Source of the DNA: Raillietiella orientalis
Taxonomy: Eukaryota
Direction: 5' to 3'
Length of the DNA: 64,000 nucleotides
Assembly: GCA_036172245.1 (NCBI GenBank)
Contig: JAYWIR010000007.1
Coordinates: 1,426,001-1,490,000 of the forward strand
This document shows, in pieces, positions 49,201 to 63,870 of the stretch. Both the position numbers and the translations under genes were made by a program. Under the pieces are notes generated by a model. That model had not been told where the DNA came from and did not search any database. It saw only the letters and a list, made by a program, of their open reading frames with translations. Positions within the stretch are counted from its first letter, which is position 1; each line of letters opens with the position of its first letter.

Positions 49201-52200
49201 GCGGACAGGAGAAGGGGGTGGGAGGTGCGGAGAAGAGGGGCAATTAGGAGAACTGCGCGGGCGTCCGAGCCGAGCCGAGGGAAACGTCCTTGAGGCAGCG
49301 CGCACGCTGCTTCTCCCCCCTCCCCTGCTCGCGCCGCTCCCGGTCCGAGGACCAGCAGGGACGCTGGGGAAGGATTGGCCAAGCCCGAGTCGGAGTCGAT
49401 CCCGTCCGGGTGCGGCTCCCTGCAGAAGGACCCCAGGGACCACCAGCTTTCTCCTCAAAAGGCCCTCTCGCACGTTTGCAACTTCCCTTCGTTCCGGATG
49501 TGTGACCCTGCGAGGCGTGGGTGCCTTCGAGGAAACCACGAATGGGCGCACTCTTCTCAGGACCGGGAGCAAAGGTCCGCGAAGACATTCCTGACTGCAG
49601 TAACGGCCTGTCTTCTTTCTCCCTTTCCTCTCTTTTTCTTCTTCCGACACGCCTTCCAGAAGCTCTGAGACAAGGAGGCGCGGCTGCAGAGTGGGCAGCC
49701 GGAAGGTTAGGGCTTCAGACTTCCGCCCGGAGCAGCTTCAGACTTCCGCTCGGTGGCTCGCAAACCGAGGCCACCATCACGGACCACTGCTCGGCCGGGA
49801 GACCTCTGTCCGCCGGCCTCCTCCCGTTCCCACGCGCCTGCGAGAGGGAGGGCGGCCGTTCCGCTCCCTGCTTTCGTTTTTCGAGCCGACCGGTGGCCCC
49901 TTCTCGGCACATCAGTTGCTCTTGCGGTTGGAAACGAAGAGGACAGCCGGATGCGCTCATCGGGTTCCCGCCGACGATAGACGGCGAGCCTCCGTGTTAA
50001 CAAACTCGCCGCAGACGCCGCCCGGACGGTCGGGAGACAGCTCGCAGCGGGAGGGAAGCGAGGATCGCCACGGGAGCATTCCAGCGGGCTCGCAAGGCGG
50101 AAGGAATTCCAAGTGACGCCATCGCGGAAGCGCGACCGCGGTCAGTCGGCAACGAACTCGCGATGCTGCGCGCGTTTCGGACCTGCCCGCGGTCGCAGCT
50201 TCCCCCCCCCCCCCCCCGCGTCCCGAGGGAGCAAGCCCGGCGTGGGAGCGGCCACCACTTGGTGCGCAAACCGTCACGTGTTCAGCGCACGCCCACCCAT
50301 GTGCCACGATTGCACGGCGCCATCACACGTGGCTCAGCTCCTCGGCTATAATATCGCCCATGCGCCGAACCACCGCCGAACGGAGTGTCCCCTAACTGTG
50401 CGAGCGCGCGGGATCATCCGCAGGCGCGTGTGCACGGATGTGCGCCGGGACGTGACCTCACCGGGACTCGAAGCCATTCGGATTGTGGACAGCTGGAAGC
50501 AAGCGAGCCGCGGCGTCTGCACATGTGGAACAAATGGCCGCCGCTGCGCGCCTCCCCTTTTCCTCCTCTTCCTCTCCCCCTGGCCGTGGCGAGTCGGGCG
50601 CAGTCATGCAGCGCAGAGCAGCCGCAAGCGAGGAAGGAGGAGGAAGAGGAGGGAGGAGCAGGAAGGGAAAAAGAAGAAAGAGAGGAGGAGGAGAGGCCCG
50701 CATGAAGAGCGCGGGACGGGTGCTTCTTGCGGGCCTTTCCTTCGTAAGAAGACGAGGCTCTGACCCTTGCCAGCCACGGCGCCTGGCAGCGCCGTCCGGA
50801 ATCGCGCGCGCATCGTTGTGCGGCTGCTCCTCGCGCGCGTGGGGGGAGGAAGGGGGTGGGTGGGCAAGGAAAACATCTTTCTCGAGGTTCTCTCTCGGAG
50901 GAGGTTCCTACCCAGCTTCAGTTTGACATCGGGTCGCAGCGCCGATGGCCTCGTCCGCCTGAGATCGGTGAGGAGTCTGCAAGACATCCGGAACGCAAGA
51001 GAGTGAGACGGCAGGGCAGGAAGAAGCGGGAACGAGCCTGAGGCGGAGCAGCCGCTGTTCCTTTTCCAAGAACACTTTCGAATCCCGCAGGGAGGCGGGC
51101 TGACCTCTTCAGGAGGACTCCAAGAGGGTTTCCCTAGCTGCGAGAGAGGCAGAAGGGAGGCCGAGTAGCCATAGAGACTCGCGCGCCTCCGCAATGGCCG
51201 CCGCACCCGAGACTTCCGCATCGCCATTGCGCCTCTCTGCCAGGGCCGCGCGCTCCCTCTTCCGCCTGCCAGCTCAGGCCCCTGCACCCTTGGGATCCAA
51301 AGGTGCAGGGGCAGGAGCAGCAGGGCGACTTCTCGAATGGATGGGGAGCAAAAGAGGGGAGGAGAGGTCCCAGTCGCCAACCGTTCCGACCCCAGCCTTC
51401 GGGGTTCCGCCGCGCGTCTCCAGACCCCCCTCCCGAATAGGAGTTTGCCCCTCCCTCGGTATTTAGTCATACGCGAAGCGGGAAGGCGGATGGCACTGTG
51501 GGGAAAGGAGTGAGGAGAAGTGGGGAAGAGAGGGAGCTCTGATAGCGCTTTCCAGCACTGCCGCCAACAAAGAAACCCCGCCCGAGAAGCCCAAGGGAGA
51601 TGAGGGAGGAGGCGAAACAGTTGCCTGGAGCTCCGTGGAGGAAGGAAGCTGCTTGAGGTTCCTCTCCCAGGCAGCTAGCAGGGGGGAATGGAGGGGGGAC
51701 GAGAAGTGGCGATGCGCTCGAGGGATTGGCGAGGGACCCGTGGGAATGGGCTGCTCCTGAAAAGGGAGGAGAGAGAGGGAGGGGGGGGGGAGAGAAGGCA
51801 TGCCTTCCGGTCACCAGCGAGACGAGTCAAGAGCAGAGGGGGGGCCTACCGCAGGCCGTTGCCCAGGACCAACAGCGTTGCCTTCTTCTGTGAGACTTGC
51901 TAGCCCCGTTGGGCGCTCCGCACTTGACGAGAAGGGCGAGGAGGACGCAGAGCAACGGAGCTACTGAGGGGAGGTCCGTTCCCGGAGGCGAGGACGAGTC
52001 CCTGCAGGAGACTGCCAGGCGCTTCCAGGAGCTCTCGCAGGTCCCCGGCGGTCCCTTGGCTCTTCGCAGTCTCCTCTCCGCACGGCTCCCCTTCTCAGAA
52101 AGGACGTTGTGGATGCGAAGGGGGAAAGGGGAAGAGGAGGAAGGGAAGGGGAGGAAGAAGGGGAAAGGGGAGCAGATCGAGCACAGTGCGCCCGATACGG

Positions 52201-55200
52201 ACGGATTTCAGGGGTGAGGTGGGGCTACGAAGGGGGGGGGGGGTCCACGAGGTCAGGAAGGGAGCTTCTCTTTCGGGAGAGGGCACCTTCGCCAGGGAGA
52301 CCGTGCTCTCCTCTCCCTCTTCCTTCCTCCCTGTCCTTGGGGCGCGCGCTGCGACAGGGCCATCCCACGGGAGGGCAGAGAAATCGTCGACCGGTTCCTC
52401 CCCATCGTCCCGCTCCGATAAACCATCCTGAGCCTTCAGGTCCGCTCCCAGAGGAGGAGATCTGCCTCCTTTTCTGACCACTGTCTGAGTCCGTCTCGGC
52501 GGCAAACGAAGGGGAGGGGGAGGAAGAGCTGTCGGCCCGATCCGAGAGGAGGACGGAGTGCGTTGGGAACGCCTGCTCCAACTGCCATTTCTTACCCCTT
52601 CCCTCTCGAAAAGATGGAGAATCCCCGGGACTTCTGAAGTGGGGTATGACGGGCTGGCAATGGCGACACCCGCGCCCTCTCCTGCCGACCGCTTGAGGGG
52701 CCTCAGCATGTTTTGGATTCATTCAGAGCGAAGGCGGGGAGGAGGAGGATGGGGACCGGGAGCAAGCAAGGGAGTGAGAGGAACCCTGGAGACTCCGGGA
52801 CAAGGAGGGTGGCTTGTTTGCGCGCGCCTGCCATACTGCGGAGCGCCCGAGGGCACTCTACCCGCGTATGCGAGCGAGCGCCTCCTCCCCGGAGCGTTCC
52901 CTCTGGCTACTTGGAACGCTGTGGCCGGCACGCGTCGCCGGCACCCTGGAGACACGTTTAGGCCTCGCTGCTTGGGTTAGCTGAGCACCTGCACCACTCA
53001 ACACGCCTCCCCGGACGGCGTCCTCGCCTGGGAGATGGGCCATCCCCAAAGGACTCACGTCATTGCCCGTCTTCGCCACCAGCCATCGGCGAAGCGACAA
53101 GGGAGGGGGATGGGAGGGGGGGAGAAGAAAGGGAAAGAGTCGATAGCACAAGACGGGAAACGTCGCCACTGGCAGGACTTCCGGACCGTCACGAGCGCGC
53201 CGGTGCAAGAAGACGCGCCAACTCGTCCTTAGGCGTTCTCTTGCCGGAAACCTCGCGAGCGCTCCTTCCGCCGCCGGGGTGCACGGGCGGGGAGGGGGGG
53301 ACGCCTCTTCGAGAACACCGCCGCCGTTCCGCGTGTGCCGGTGACCGGAGCACTAGTGGTGGTCCGTTCCTCACGACTCCGGCAAACAAAGCGGTAAGCG
53401 CCGCCATCACCTCGGCATCCCTTGACCCGAAACACTCAGGCGCGCGCACAAACAAACTGCCTGCTGGAGGGGGGGGGGCGGAGCACGCCTGAGCGAGTGG
53501 CGATCCGCCCGCTTGCTCGGGCGTGATCCGCTCCCGTCGGCTGCTTGCGACGGACTCCCGCCACACTCGCCCGCTCAGAACTCCTGCAGGCCAAGACCCG
53601 GGAGTGCGAAGCGCCTCTTCCTCCAACGGTCGTTTTCAGGACAGCACCCGAGCTGCCGATTTCGGAACCGGGAGGGAATCATGCGTGCCTTTTCCCCGGT
53701 TCCTGGAGAGGGCAACCCCGCATCCACTCCCCACTGCCGCCGCACGCAACCCTTCCTCCATCCAGGAGGTTCGATCGGAAACGCTCGTTCCCGTCATCCC
53801 AGTAATGAGCGACACACGCGAGCATGAGGATTGTCAAGCGCACACCCCTCCCCTCCACCCTCGCCGCTCGCTTCTCTGGCACGTCCCCTTCGCAACGCGA
53901 ACCGGTCGCGCCTCTGAAGAGAGCAGCGATGCGTGGGCGATCAGCAGACGTGCCAAACACCATGCGGGAGGGAGGCAAAGGAACACCGCGGCAGCAGCCC
54001 CTCCGACGTCACTCGCGCGGAGCAGTGCCGCAGCGCGGCAAGGCGAAGTGGCGTTTTTTTTGTTTTTTTCCCTTTCCCCGGAGAGAGAGCAACGGGAGGA
54101 CGTCAGGGGGAGGGCTCGTCTCCGGAGGGTTTTCCTTCCTGCATCCGTCTGCAGTCGGTCTCGTGGTCGGCTCTGGATGCTCCTGGCCGGCAGTCAACTC
54201 TTCGCGGCTCCGAGCGAAAACGCCGCGACGGAACCGTCTCCGCACTTCTCACGTCCAACGATCAGAAAGGGGAAAAAGCTGCCGCACGGCCCGATGCAGC
54301 TTGAAGAGGTGGTCTCCCAGGGTAACGGCTTTACACGTAAACATAACCCTAACACACACATACCCAACATTTCTTTCCTTTCTTTGAAAAAGACGTCGCC
54401 TTCCGATGCAAAAATAAACCAAAGTGCGGATCGGGTTATCAGGAGAACGATGGAACGCGCACCGAATGTCTCATGGAGACGTATCTTATTCTCATCGCTG
54501 GAAGTGGGCACCATTAGCAAAAAAAAAAAAACAAAAACAAACAAACAGAAAAGAGAAAACAAAAAACCTGTTGCAGACCTCCGAAAGACTTAGAAAGGAC
54601 AAGGCATCTCGGGAAAGGCTATTAAAAAAAAAAAAAAAAAAAAACTCTCCCTGGAGAGGGCCTGGAAGTTCACTGAGATTTGAAAACACGCGCAGAATTA
54701 CTGCAACGAACGCGTCGGCGACTGGGAGGATTCCTCATTCACTCCGAGAGAGATCCGGCCACAGGGATCTCTCTTACTCATAGGAAACAACTCAATGGAA
54801 AGACACACAAAGAGCACAATGCATCGTAAACCCGACAACACCGGAGATGAAACAAAGGGTTTCCAGATGTGGTGAGTAATGTGGGAAGCATTCGTCTGAA
54901 TGATCAGGGAAGGCACTGAGCAAGCAAAACACGCCGACACGCTGCGGATCTCTTTAGGAAGCCCTCGCTTCCCTGGATAAGTCCTGGAAGACGTGGCTTC
55001 AAGACAGCTTGGTGGCGATCATCAACGGCCCAAGTTTTCACGGGGACGTAAATTCGAACCGGCAAACCTGGCTCAACCTTCCTCGAGAGAACGTCCGTAA
55101 GGGCAGCACCGTCCTCCTTGGGGTTTTCGACTTCCTGATTCGGAAAGGCGAGGAAAGGCTTCGGCCGTGGATTCAGGCTGGCGAGAAACCTCTGCCGAGC

Positions 55201-58149
55201 CAACGACATCGTTTCAAGAATCATGGATGACACACCGGTGTATTCAAGTGGGGCGAGAAGAATAAACATCTGATAACTCTCACGAGCAAAGGTCTCGTAC
55301 ATCTCTCAAAGATTATGCAGCGTGAAACGAAAAAAAGAAGAAAAAAAGAAAAGAATAGAATAGACACGAAAATCCTAGGCTCTCCCCCCCCCCTTCCAAA
55401 AAAAAGAAATCCTAGGCCCTCCCCCCCCCTCTCCAAAAAAAAAAAAAATCATAGGCCCCAAATGCAGCTGCTCATTGTTGCCAAGAGCAGTTTATTAATA
55501 CACGACACTGCACACATACGCGAGTAATCAATTCTGCTCAAGTGTGCGCACGCCGTGTGCGTGTTTTTGAATCACAGAGCGCTCGTGAAACCAACAGCAA
55601 GAGAAAAAAAAAAAAAAAGAAAAAAAAGGAGGAAATTTCAAGTTCTCATACCACGACTAGATCTTACACCGTAGAACGGAGCCATGATTGCTTTCTAACC
55701 TCCGCCACTCGGCTGATCTGCAATTCCAGTTTGATGATTCATTGACTCACAGGACACGTACAGTAAGTAGTTCGTACTCGATAGCTACTTTACCATCTCA
55801 CAATGGCAACGATCGATCCGGATCGGCAAACTTCTTCTTTTTCTTTTTTTTGGGGGGGGGGGGGGGGAGGGGGGGCTTTTCTCGAGAACTTGAGCTGATT
55901 CGGAAAGGAGCGTCTCTTACCATACACTCTCCCGTCGGTGGTCAGGATCGCCTTGTAATCCGCAAGTCCGCAAACTGTGACCGCCGCGTCCGCATAACGC
56001 CAAGACGGGGGCGCCCACCGCGATCTGGCGATGGATAGAGTCAGCCTCTCGCGATCACGCCATCGTCAGCCAACTCTACTGTACAAACAATACGAATCAC
56101 CATCCGTTCCGAAAGTACACTCGAGGAAAAGTCTCGGAAAGTTTCCCCAGCCGCGATATCCTCCCTGCTCAAGCTTTCCTTAATTGATTTTCCTGTCGAT
56201 TATACTCGGGGAGTGGGTGGGCGGGGGAGAAGTAATGAAAATTCGGATTGCCAGAAGATTTCATGTTTAGGCCTATTTGTCTTTCAGTTTCCTCGTCAGG
56301 AAAATCGAGAGATTCGATCCAGCATCGCTCTTTCTTTTCTTTTCTCTTCCTTTTTTTTGTCACGCCACCACATACGTCCACACCCACAAACGTAGGTGAT
56401 TCTTCATTCCAGCTTCTTCCATACCGTCATTTTTTCCGTTCACGGCAAGGACGAAGAATCCTTTCACATAGCACTGCAGCAGGGACGAAGAAGGTGTTTT
56501 GCCTTCATCTACAGATTAGGCGACGATGTCTCTCTCGACAGTGGTTGGCAAGCATGGAAAGAGGAAGATTTTTCGTGTGGCGACGGTTGGCACCACAGGG
56601 AACTTCACAGAACGCTTGAGAATCCATAAGGGAACTACCAACGACGTAAAGGAGAAACGATTAAATCTTCTGGAATAAACAAAAGTATTTAAGGAGCTCC
56701 TGCTAACCAAAAATAATCGTGGAAGCCCTCTTTTCAGGAGACCAAACCAAACCTTTATTTAAAAAAAAAAAAAAAAAAAAAGTATTTATTTATTTTTTCT
56801 GTTGGTACGATCAGCCGGACGATGCCGAGAGAGAACTTTGGGGAAAGAAGTGAATCCCAGCGTCAGAATAGTCTTCGACCACAAAGGAAGGAAGGCAGGG
56901 CGGGAGGGAGCGAGCATCTGCCGCAGGGACGTCAGCGGAAGTCCCCAACATTTATAAGGAATGCCTCCAAGGATGGCCTCGATTTCCCTCGACGGCGATA
57001 CGCGATTGCGAGAAATCAGAATTTCGGGTTTTCTTTCGATTCTTCCGTCGCCCATCCGAATGAAGCAGTGCTCGTAGGCGTACGAATCGGATGCAAATTC
57101 CCAAATGCTTAATTACATTACGTAATTACTTTATAAGTGCGTGAACAATCAATTTTTCCAGAGGTTTTTTTTTTTTTTTTTGAGAGGAAAGAAGAAAAAA
57201 AAAAAAAGAAACGAGAGGATTCTTTAAAAATGACTGGAATGACTGAAACGAACAGGATTTTTGACCATGAGTTTTTTTCGAGCTTTCCAATTACATGATT
57301 TCTCCTGTCATTATGGGTACCCTAAGACTTGCGCTTATCATGCTAGGGAGCATCCATCCCTACGAGAAAATTGAAAATGATTGCTTTTAGTCTTCGACGC
57401 GCTGTGAAATCCCGCGCTTTTGGTTTCGGAAGAGCAAACAATTCGGAAAACCTTGAAAAAGCGAGAGATGAATCAGCGATCGCTGCAGGACACCAACGGA
57501 AAAAGAATGCAAGAAAACCACCGTTTACCGATCGTTCAGATATATTATATTCACTCGATATATATTAATTACGATGGGAACGTTCAAGCAAAGGGATCCT
57601 TCTCTGTGGAGGATTCAATAACCACCACCGCCCACAATCGCCCATCTCACTGTGTCTTGCAGCGCCCCACTCGAAGCTTCTAGCTCGTGCCTTTTGTGCC
57701 CAATCCACGGATTCCCCGGAATGGTCAGTATGGGATTTTATTATTATTTTTCTCACACGGGAGGGGGAGAGCACTTGCTACAGATGCACTGCAAACGTTG
57801 GCATGGAAAACAAATCGAGTCGAGCAAAGGGTCCGATATCGAGCAACTTACACAAAAAGCTTAAAGACTCCTAGGTAAAATAATAGGCCCATACGCTGAG
57901 AAAGTGCGATGCGACCTATCTCTGAGAGACAATGCTCCATATGGCAAGCTATCCGATATTGCGATCATCTTACCCGATGAGACTCAAAATAATGATCCTG
58001 AAATCAGTGATTGATGGTTTTTTTTGTTTCCCGCCTTCAGTAGCCCTCTTTATTAAAAGTAGTTACTGCATTATGCAGTAACCACTTCGATTAAGTGATC
58101 ATCCAATGAAAATACTGTCTCATTCAACACAACTTATTTAGCCAAAGGA

Positions 58150-58480
58150 TGACTCGAAAATCTCAAAAGAATTTCATGGCGCCCTTGACGTGTGGATTGA
58201 AATGCCCTGGCACTCAAGCAAGAAACATCTGCTCAGGAGTTGCCTCTAGATTGCGCTGTGCATCATGTATTCAGTCGTACTTGTGGCATTCCAGTGTTCT
58301 GTGACTGCATTGAGAAGTACCCGAGTTTTACTAAAATGAGATTTTCCAACATTCAGCTGAGTTGGTCACGGATGATGTAATGAGCACGTACTGCATGCAA
58401 AAATATCTTGTAAGGGTCTGCACAAGACAAGAGGTCAGTTTAAAGCAACACCGGAGGACTCTGGCAGATGATGTGCGGAA
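58150..58480 (+). mobile_element. Decayed pogo transposase fragment, paralogous to 63.1-63.9 kb
   Basis: 58200-58274 aligns by eye with 63287-63360 (NALALKQETSAQELPLD vs NALALKQETLAQKVSID), preceded by KISKEFHG. Confidence 0.55.
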
Positions 58481-60619
58481 ATAGCATTGAAGATTAGAAA
58501 AGAGCAACCTCTATTAGAAGAAAGAAGCAACTCCACACTTGAATGTCTCAACTTTTAGGAAAACATTGGTACGGTTTGCTGTCAAGAGTGCATCCCAACC
58601 AACTTAAATATAAGTACACAATTGCCTTAAACGGCACCATTGCCATTAGCTTAAACAGTACAGCACCCGCGATGATTTCATTCCATTGAGGAATTCACAA
58701 ATTCACGTATAGGAAATGCAAATGGGCATTTTAGTTAATGATCTTCAATGGAATGCTCTTCACGTTCACAATACTAGGTGAAAACACATTACTGAAGCTA
58801 GACGTGAACTTTAGCAAATCTACGAATGGCAGGTATTTCGTCTGGTGGCACTTTTGAATTCGTCGCACTTGTGACTTTATGCTTTTTGTGGACACGCTTG
58901 ATTGATAGTGTATCCTCAATCTATCCTAATTATAGGAACGCCCATCAGGTGTTGCTTGTTGGTAAACAACCCATATCCTTAAAAGGCATGATAACCTGAC
59001 GAGAATATCTTTTGAAAAAGTTCAAAAAAAGTCCTTTTTTAAAGTTTGTGCGCTCCACAGAAACAAAAAAAAAATCGCTGCACATCAAAATTCGGGAAGA
59101 TTCGCTGTTTTCTAAGTTCCAGGGAATTTGGCGGAATACGAATTTCGTACAAAACTAAAAAAATATGTTTTCAAGACGCGATGCCTTCTTTCCCTCCTCC
59201 CGAGTTGGACGTTCAACAAGAAATGGTGGTAAGTATTTGAAATGATGTGATTTTAAAGGCAAGAAAAGGAATGGTCATTTTGGAAGCACTTTAGGTGTAC
59301 GCGTTTCGAAGCGCACGGAAGGTCAGCATGCTTCCAAAACTCGGATCGAAACCCTCTTCGTCGATGAAGCCCCTGAATACGGTGCCGTTTGCACACTTTA
59401 ACCAAATCGAAAATTTGTCAGTAAATCTCGATCTTCCCGAGTGGAAGGATCGAAGAGTGTTGAACCGAAGAACTCTTTAAGACCACAGGACGCTCAAACT
59501 CGTGGAACATCATTCTGGGAACTTGGGGTGAACTTGACTGATTTCACTGCTTTTAAATAAATGACTTGTTCTGGCCACAAAGTTTTTTCATATTATTGCT
59601 TTCCTCTTTGACGTACTTTTCCTTCATTCCGTCAGAAGCCAGTGAGAGCTGATAAGAAGCAGATAAATTCAAATTGGAGTGTATTCCAGTTGGATGGTGG
59701 TGGCACTTTATACTTCGGAAGAAAAGGAATTTCCAGACCGAAAAGCAAAGCGGGAAGAATTCTTTATCCGAAATGGAAAAGTCGTGATAATCGAAGAACC
59801 CGAGCTCTCCAGATCAAGAGATCATGTTCGTATGTGGGATAATGGAAAATCAGAAAGTAAAAATGATCACGAGCATCAGAGTCGCTAGTAGCGTTGCGAA
59901 AAGGGTTCACGTGGAAGAATCCGGGATGGATACGTTATGTCAAGCACCTCCTTGGTTTGCATGAGCTCGACCCGATAAACAGGGAAGAACTATCAAAGCC
60001 AATTATGGTAATGAAGGTAGGATTCAGGAAAGAAGCGAACGAGAACCGAAAGTCAGGTCCTGCCTTAAATATCCGCATTTGGCTGGTGCTCATAACATGA
60101 AAACGAGCTTATCTTACAACACTATTTCATAAGAATAAATATGATGGATGCTCGAGGTTTTCGCATCCATAGTCAGATTTCGGAACCCGTGCCAATTTTT
60201 TTCCAAACAGCTCTTAAATAGCAATTCCTTTCAACTGAAGCACAAAGAGTTAGAAATCAGAACGGTTCCAAGTCTTCAATATATACGGCGAGAGCCCCAC
60301 ATCCATCTGGGACGAAAGAGTGATACCGAACAAACAAAAACATTAAAGCCATTCCGCAATTCCCTGATGGATGAAACGGAGGGAAAATGGGTTGCGCAAC
60401 TATGAGGTCAAGTGAAAGTGAGCTAAGAAGGGAGTTGGACTTTCTGAAGGCATGGTGAAGAGCATGCATGCTGAGCAGCACACGAAATGATGATAGGGTA
60501 CCTGATAATAGCAGAAAGCGAATGCACACCTACAACTAAATAAGAACAATTTGCCGATGGAAAGATTAGTAGAACCTTGTTCGCACGCCCATCCACAGAT
60601 GCCCCAAAGCAAGAATCAC

Positions 60620-61200
60620 GAGAACGGAAAGAAAAAAAAAATTCGCCAACTGGTTGGCAGAACATTGGGAGAAAGTTGGTGGGGGTCGGGATTGAAATAA
60701 TGGGGTTTAATGAATGCTAAGAGGCGGAACAAATAAACACGCGTAAAAGGTCTAAAAGGCAGCGAAGACTAGAAAGTTCTGATAAAATATTTGGGTTGCT
60801 GGTGATGTCCCTCAGCCCTTACGGGCACAGCGGCTCAAATGATTTCCAAAGTCGCGCCATGAAACGGGCAAACTATTAGGTGTCATCCATGTCTTCCGTG
60901 GTTTGAAGATGAGACAAATTACCCAATTTGTATCTAAGTGTTGGACATCCCTGAAGTTGATAGACTTCAGGAATGCCTTACACTTAGATACCAAATTGAG
61001 TCGATAGACTTCAGGAACTTTCCTTGACATACTTTATTTTGAGGAAGCAAATCTCGGGCATTTGAAAACGGGGAACGCTTATGATCATCAGAAGGAGATG
61101 CAAGTAGAACCTCACGAAATAAGGGGTTTCAATGTAAACGAGAATAGGCCACACTGAACAAGGCTTCCCCAAATTCCACATCTCTTTTGGGAGCTGCGCA
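60620..61200 (-). mobile_element. Possible decayed Tigger/Jerky-like transposase (DDE_1) fragment
   Basis: KPRKTWMTPNSLPVSWRDFGNHL resembles the N.KAWMT...F..W...F motif. It is followed by PTNFLPMFCQPVGEF (LPPNTT..QP.D-like). Confidence 0.35.
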
Positions 61201-63099
61201 TTCACATCAGATGGGAACTCGGGTGGGAGCACTGTTCCTCTCTGAGCACTTTATCCGCGTTCCTTATCGCATCTTGAGATCACAGAACTCCGGAGTCCTG
61301 AAGGTGCTGCTTAAACAGCTCGCACATTCGAAATTCAATCTGAAGCTTCGGGTCCACACAAACCCCTCATATCGGTCGATCCTCTTTGCGCTTGAAGTAG
61401 CAGAGATACGCGAGTTTCTGATATTTCCGGGAAGATTCGCCTCTGTGCTTTTCCCAGAATTTTCGCAACCAGATTCGTGATCCTTCTAGAATTCTCACAG
61501 AACTTTCTCGTCTGGGGCTCCTCGAATTTTGAACGTTGCTGGAATCCCTGGCAATTCCCGCCTTTCTACCCGGGTGCCAAGCGATTAGAACAGCACGTTT
61601 GCCGGGCATTCCCATTTGCAAAATTCCCTGACTTGCCGCAGAATTATCTCGACTGCAAGCCGTTTTCCCTCGTTCTGCTATCTTCCCATGCGGTCTTCGT
61701 AATCAATGAGAAAGCAGTGTAACACTACTCTTGCCTACAACGGAAATTTTGTTCTTTGCAAGCCGTCCTTTCTCCCAAACCATGCTTTTCAAATCCCTGA
61801 AAAAGCCTCAGTCCCCTCGCATGTTATTTTCTTAACGTAACGTAACAGGCACAATAACTTCATGGATAACTCGACACTGGTTTTTCACAATATCGTCTCC
61901 CAAGGTTATTTCCGCCCAGCCTCTTCTAAAGGCACACACATTATTTCATTTCCGGGTGTTGTGACTCACATCCTTAGTCCCCACTCTAAGTTAACGCTGA
62001 GTTACTCCGAACGAATTGCAAATGAGAACCTGCAAATGTCGGTGCTGGGACGCGTATCGACAAGCTATAAACAACAGGAAATGCAATAACGCACACAAAA
62101 GAACAAGAAAGTAAATGAAACAACTTACTGTTCTGATCTGTATTCGTTTTTCCTACTTGAGCTGCGCTATCGCTTTCGAACCGGGTTTTCCTTCTGGGGT
62201 AAGAAAAATGTGTTGAAATCACACAGAAACAGAAAATTTATCGTAATCTCGTCCGTAATCCCATTTTTGAACACGCTCTTCCGTTAGTATGATTTGTAGC
62301 ATGCTATTACGATGACCAAAGGGCATCCCACAAGACTATTACCACATCCACTCGGATGCAAACGCATTTCCCTGCCAAAGTTCCCACTTTAGAAATCAGG
62401 GTGTCGATTACTCTCGCACTGCAGCATCTTCCGTCTATGTCTACGCCTAATAAGTGACGGATGAACTCTGGACTCGATTGAGCAAAACGCATTGTGACAT
62501 GCCCTTGTGTTTCAAGATCGCCTATCAGCACAGACTGCTTTGCAGTTTGTTCCAAAGATTTAACATCTCCAACGTAAAGCAGCTGAGGTGAATTCGACCG
62601 CGTTTTGAAAGCATTTCCCAGTATGTCTTCTTACCAAACGAGCGGATCCGCATCCCTCCAACAGTCCACAGTCTTTAGAGTGTGCACTGTTAGAGGAACG
62701 AGTGATGTAAGTCTTAAGAATGGAAGCAGCAGCTCAAAATCTTGACTGCTCGATAATCCTTACAACTTTCGCTCAACCTGCAGGACCATCGAGAAGGAAT
62801 TCGGTGGTGGAAAACAAAGGAATCAGAAGTTATGATGAAAACCGCGATCCCAAGAGTTGGACAGTGAACTGAACCAGGAAGGTATGAAGCTGGGGGACTG
62901 TACAATATCAGCGCAACTAATGATCCATCAGAAAGGTATAAACAGCTGTTTTGATATACCCGAATACGAACGTTCTGAATCGGAAGTAACGTTTTTTTTC
63001 TTTTTTCCTTTCGTCCAAGAACAAACAAAAGCAGAGCACCTCAAGTTTTGCTCTTCTAATCTTTGCGCTACCACGCCCTTGACTAAGCATTATAAGAGA

Positions 63100-63870
63100 A
63101 AGGAAAATCATGGAATGCTTACCAGCTCTGACACCAGTGCTCTAACATGCCATACAAATTGAAGGCACCAGAAATGCCCGATCCATTAAAAATTTCAAGG
63201 GAAGAATTTCATGCTAGCACTGGATGGTGCCCTCAACGTTCGAGTATATGTCGAGGGCACCACCCAATGCCCTGGCACCGACTCGGAAATGCTCTGGCAC
63301 TGAAGCAAGAAACTCTTGCTCAGAAGGTGTCTATAGATTATGCAATGCAGCAAGTATTTACCCGATGCCTTCTAATGCCATGCTATTGGATTACAGAGGC
63401 AACAGATACAGCACACACACGAAATGTGGGAAAAGCTTCGTTGTTCGATTTGCCAGTTAAAGCAACACTGCAAATGGGGAAAGAGCTGAAGCCTTTTTGC
63501 GACAAATGCAAGATGTTACATATCCGAAGACGAAAAATTCATTACTATATTGGAGAGTACTCCTAAAAAAAATTCCAGATAAGATAGTTATAGGGATAGT
63601 TACGAGATTTTCTGACAGAGATTCATTTTCACATTCATTTCAACCGTCGTCATTTTTGCATAGTATGATAAAGAGTACTGATTGGTGCTCTTTTACAGGA
63701 GGAAGAGGTATGCTAGTTGTGGACGTGTCTATGGAACTCCTCTAAGTGTTTTAGCTAGCAGGAATGAACTCAGTGTCCATACGGATTAGCATGAATTCAG
63801 AGTCACAACGATGTGATAATAAAAAAGCCTTTTAGGGATAATTTTCGGAGATATTCCCAATGGCTTGCGA
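63100..63870 (+). mobile_element. Decayed pogo (POGK-like) transposase pseudogene
   Basis: KLKAPEM..KISREEFHASTGWC (CENP-B HTH F.AS.GW), AQKVSIDY, TANG/ELKPF, RGMLVVD and GLA*IQSHNDVIIKKPFRDNFRRY (GLT..LQPLDV..NKPFK) occur in the correct order, with stops and frameshifts. Confidence 0.72.

Noticed and set aside
46000..54600. Long ORFs upstream of the connectin-like gene
   Set aside because: Same GC artefact; no recognisable protein or exon chain.
54900..55300. LINE RT-like YQMFILLAPLEY; also a Tc1-like NQIENL near 59400 and an APE-like LYSPP near 62900
   Set aside because: Single weak motifs without supporting neighbours.
55759..56083. TA-CAGTA..TACTG-TA as a Tigger MITE
   Set aside because: Only ~5 bp of terminal match, which could be chance.
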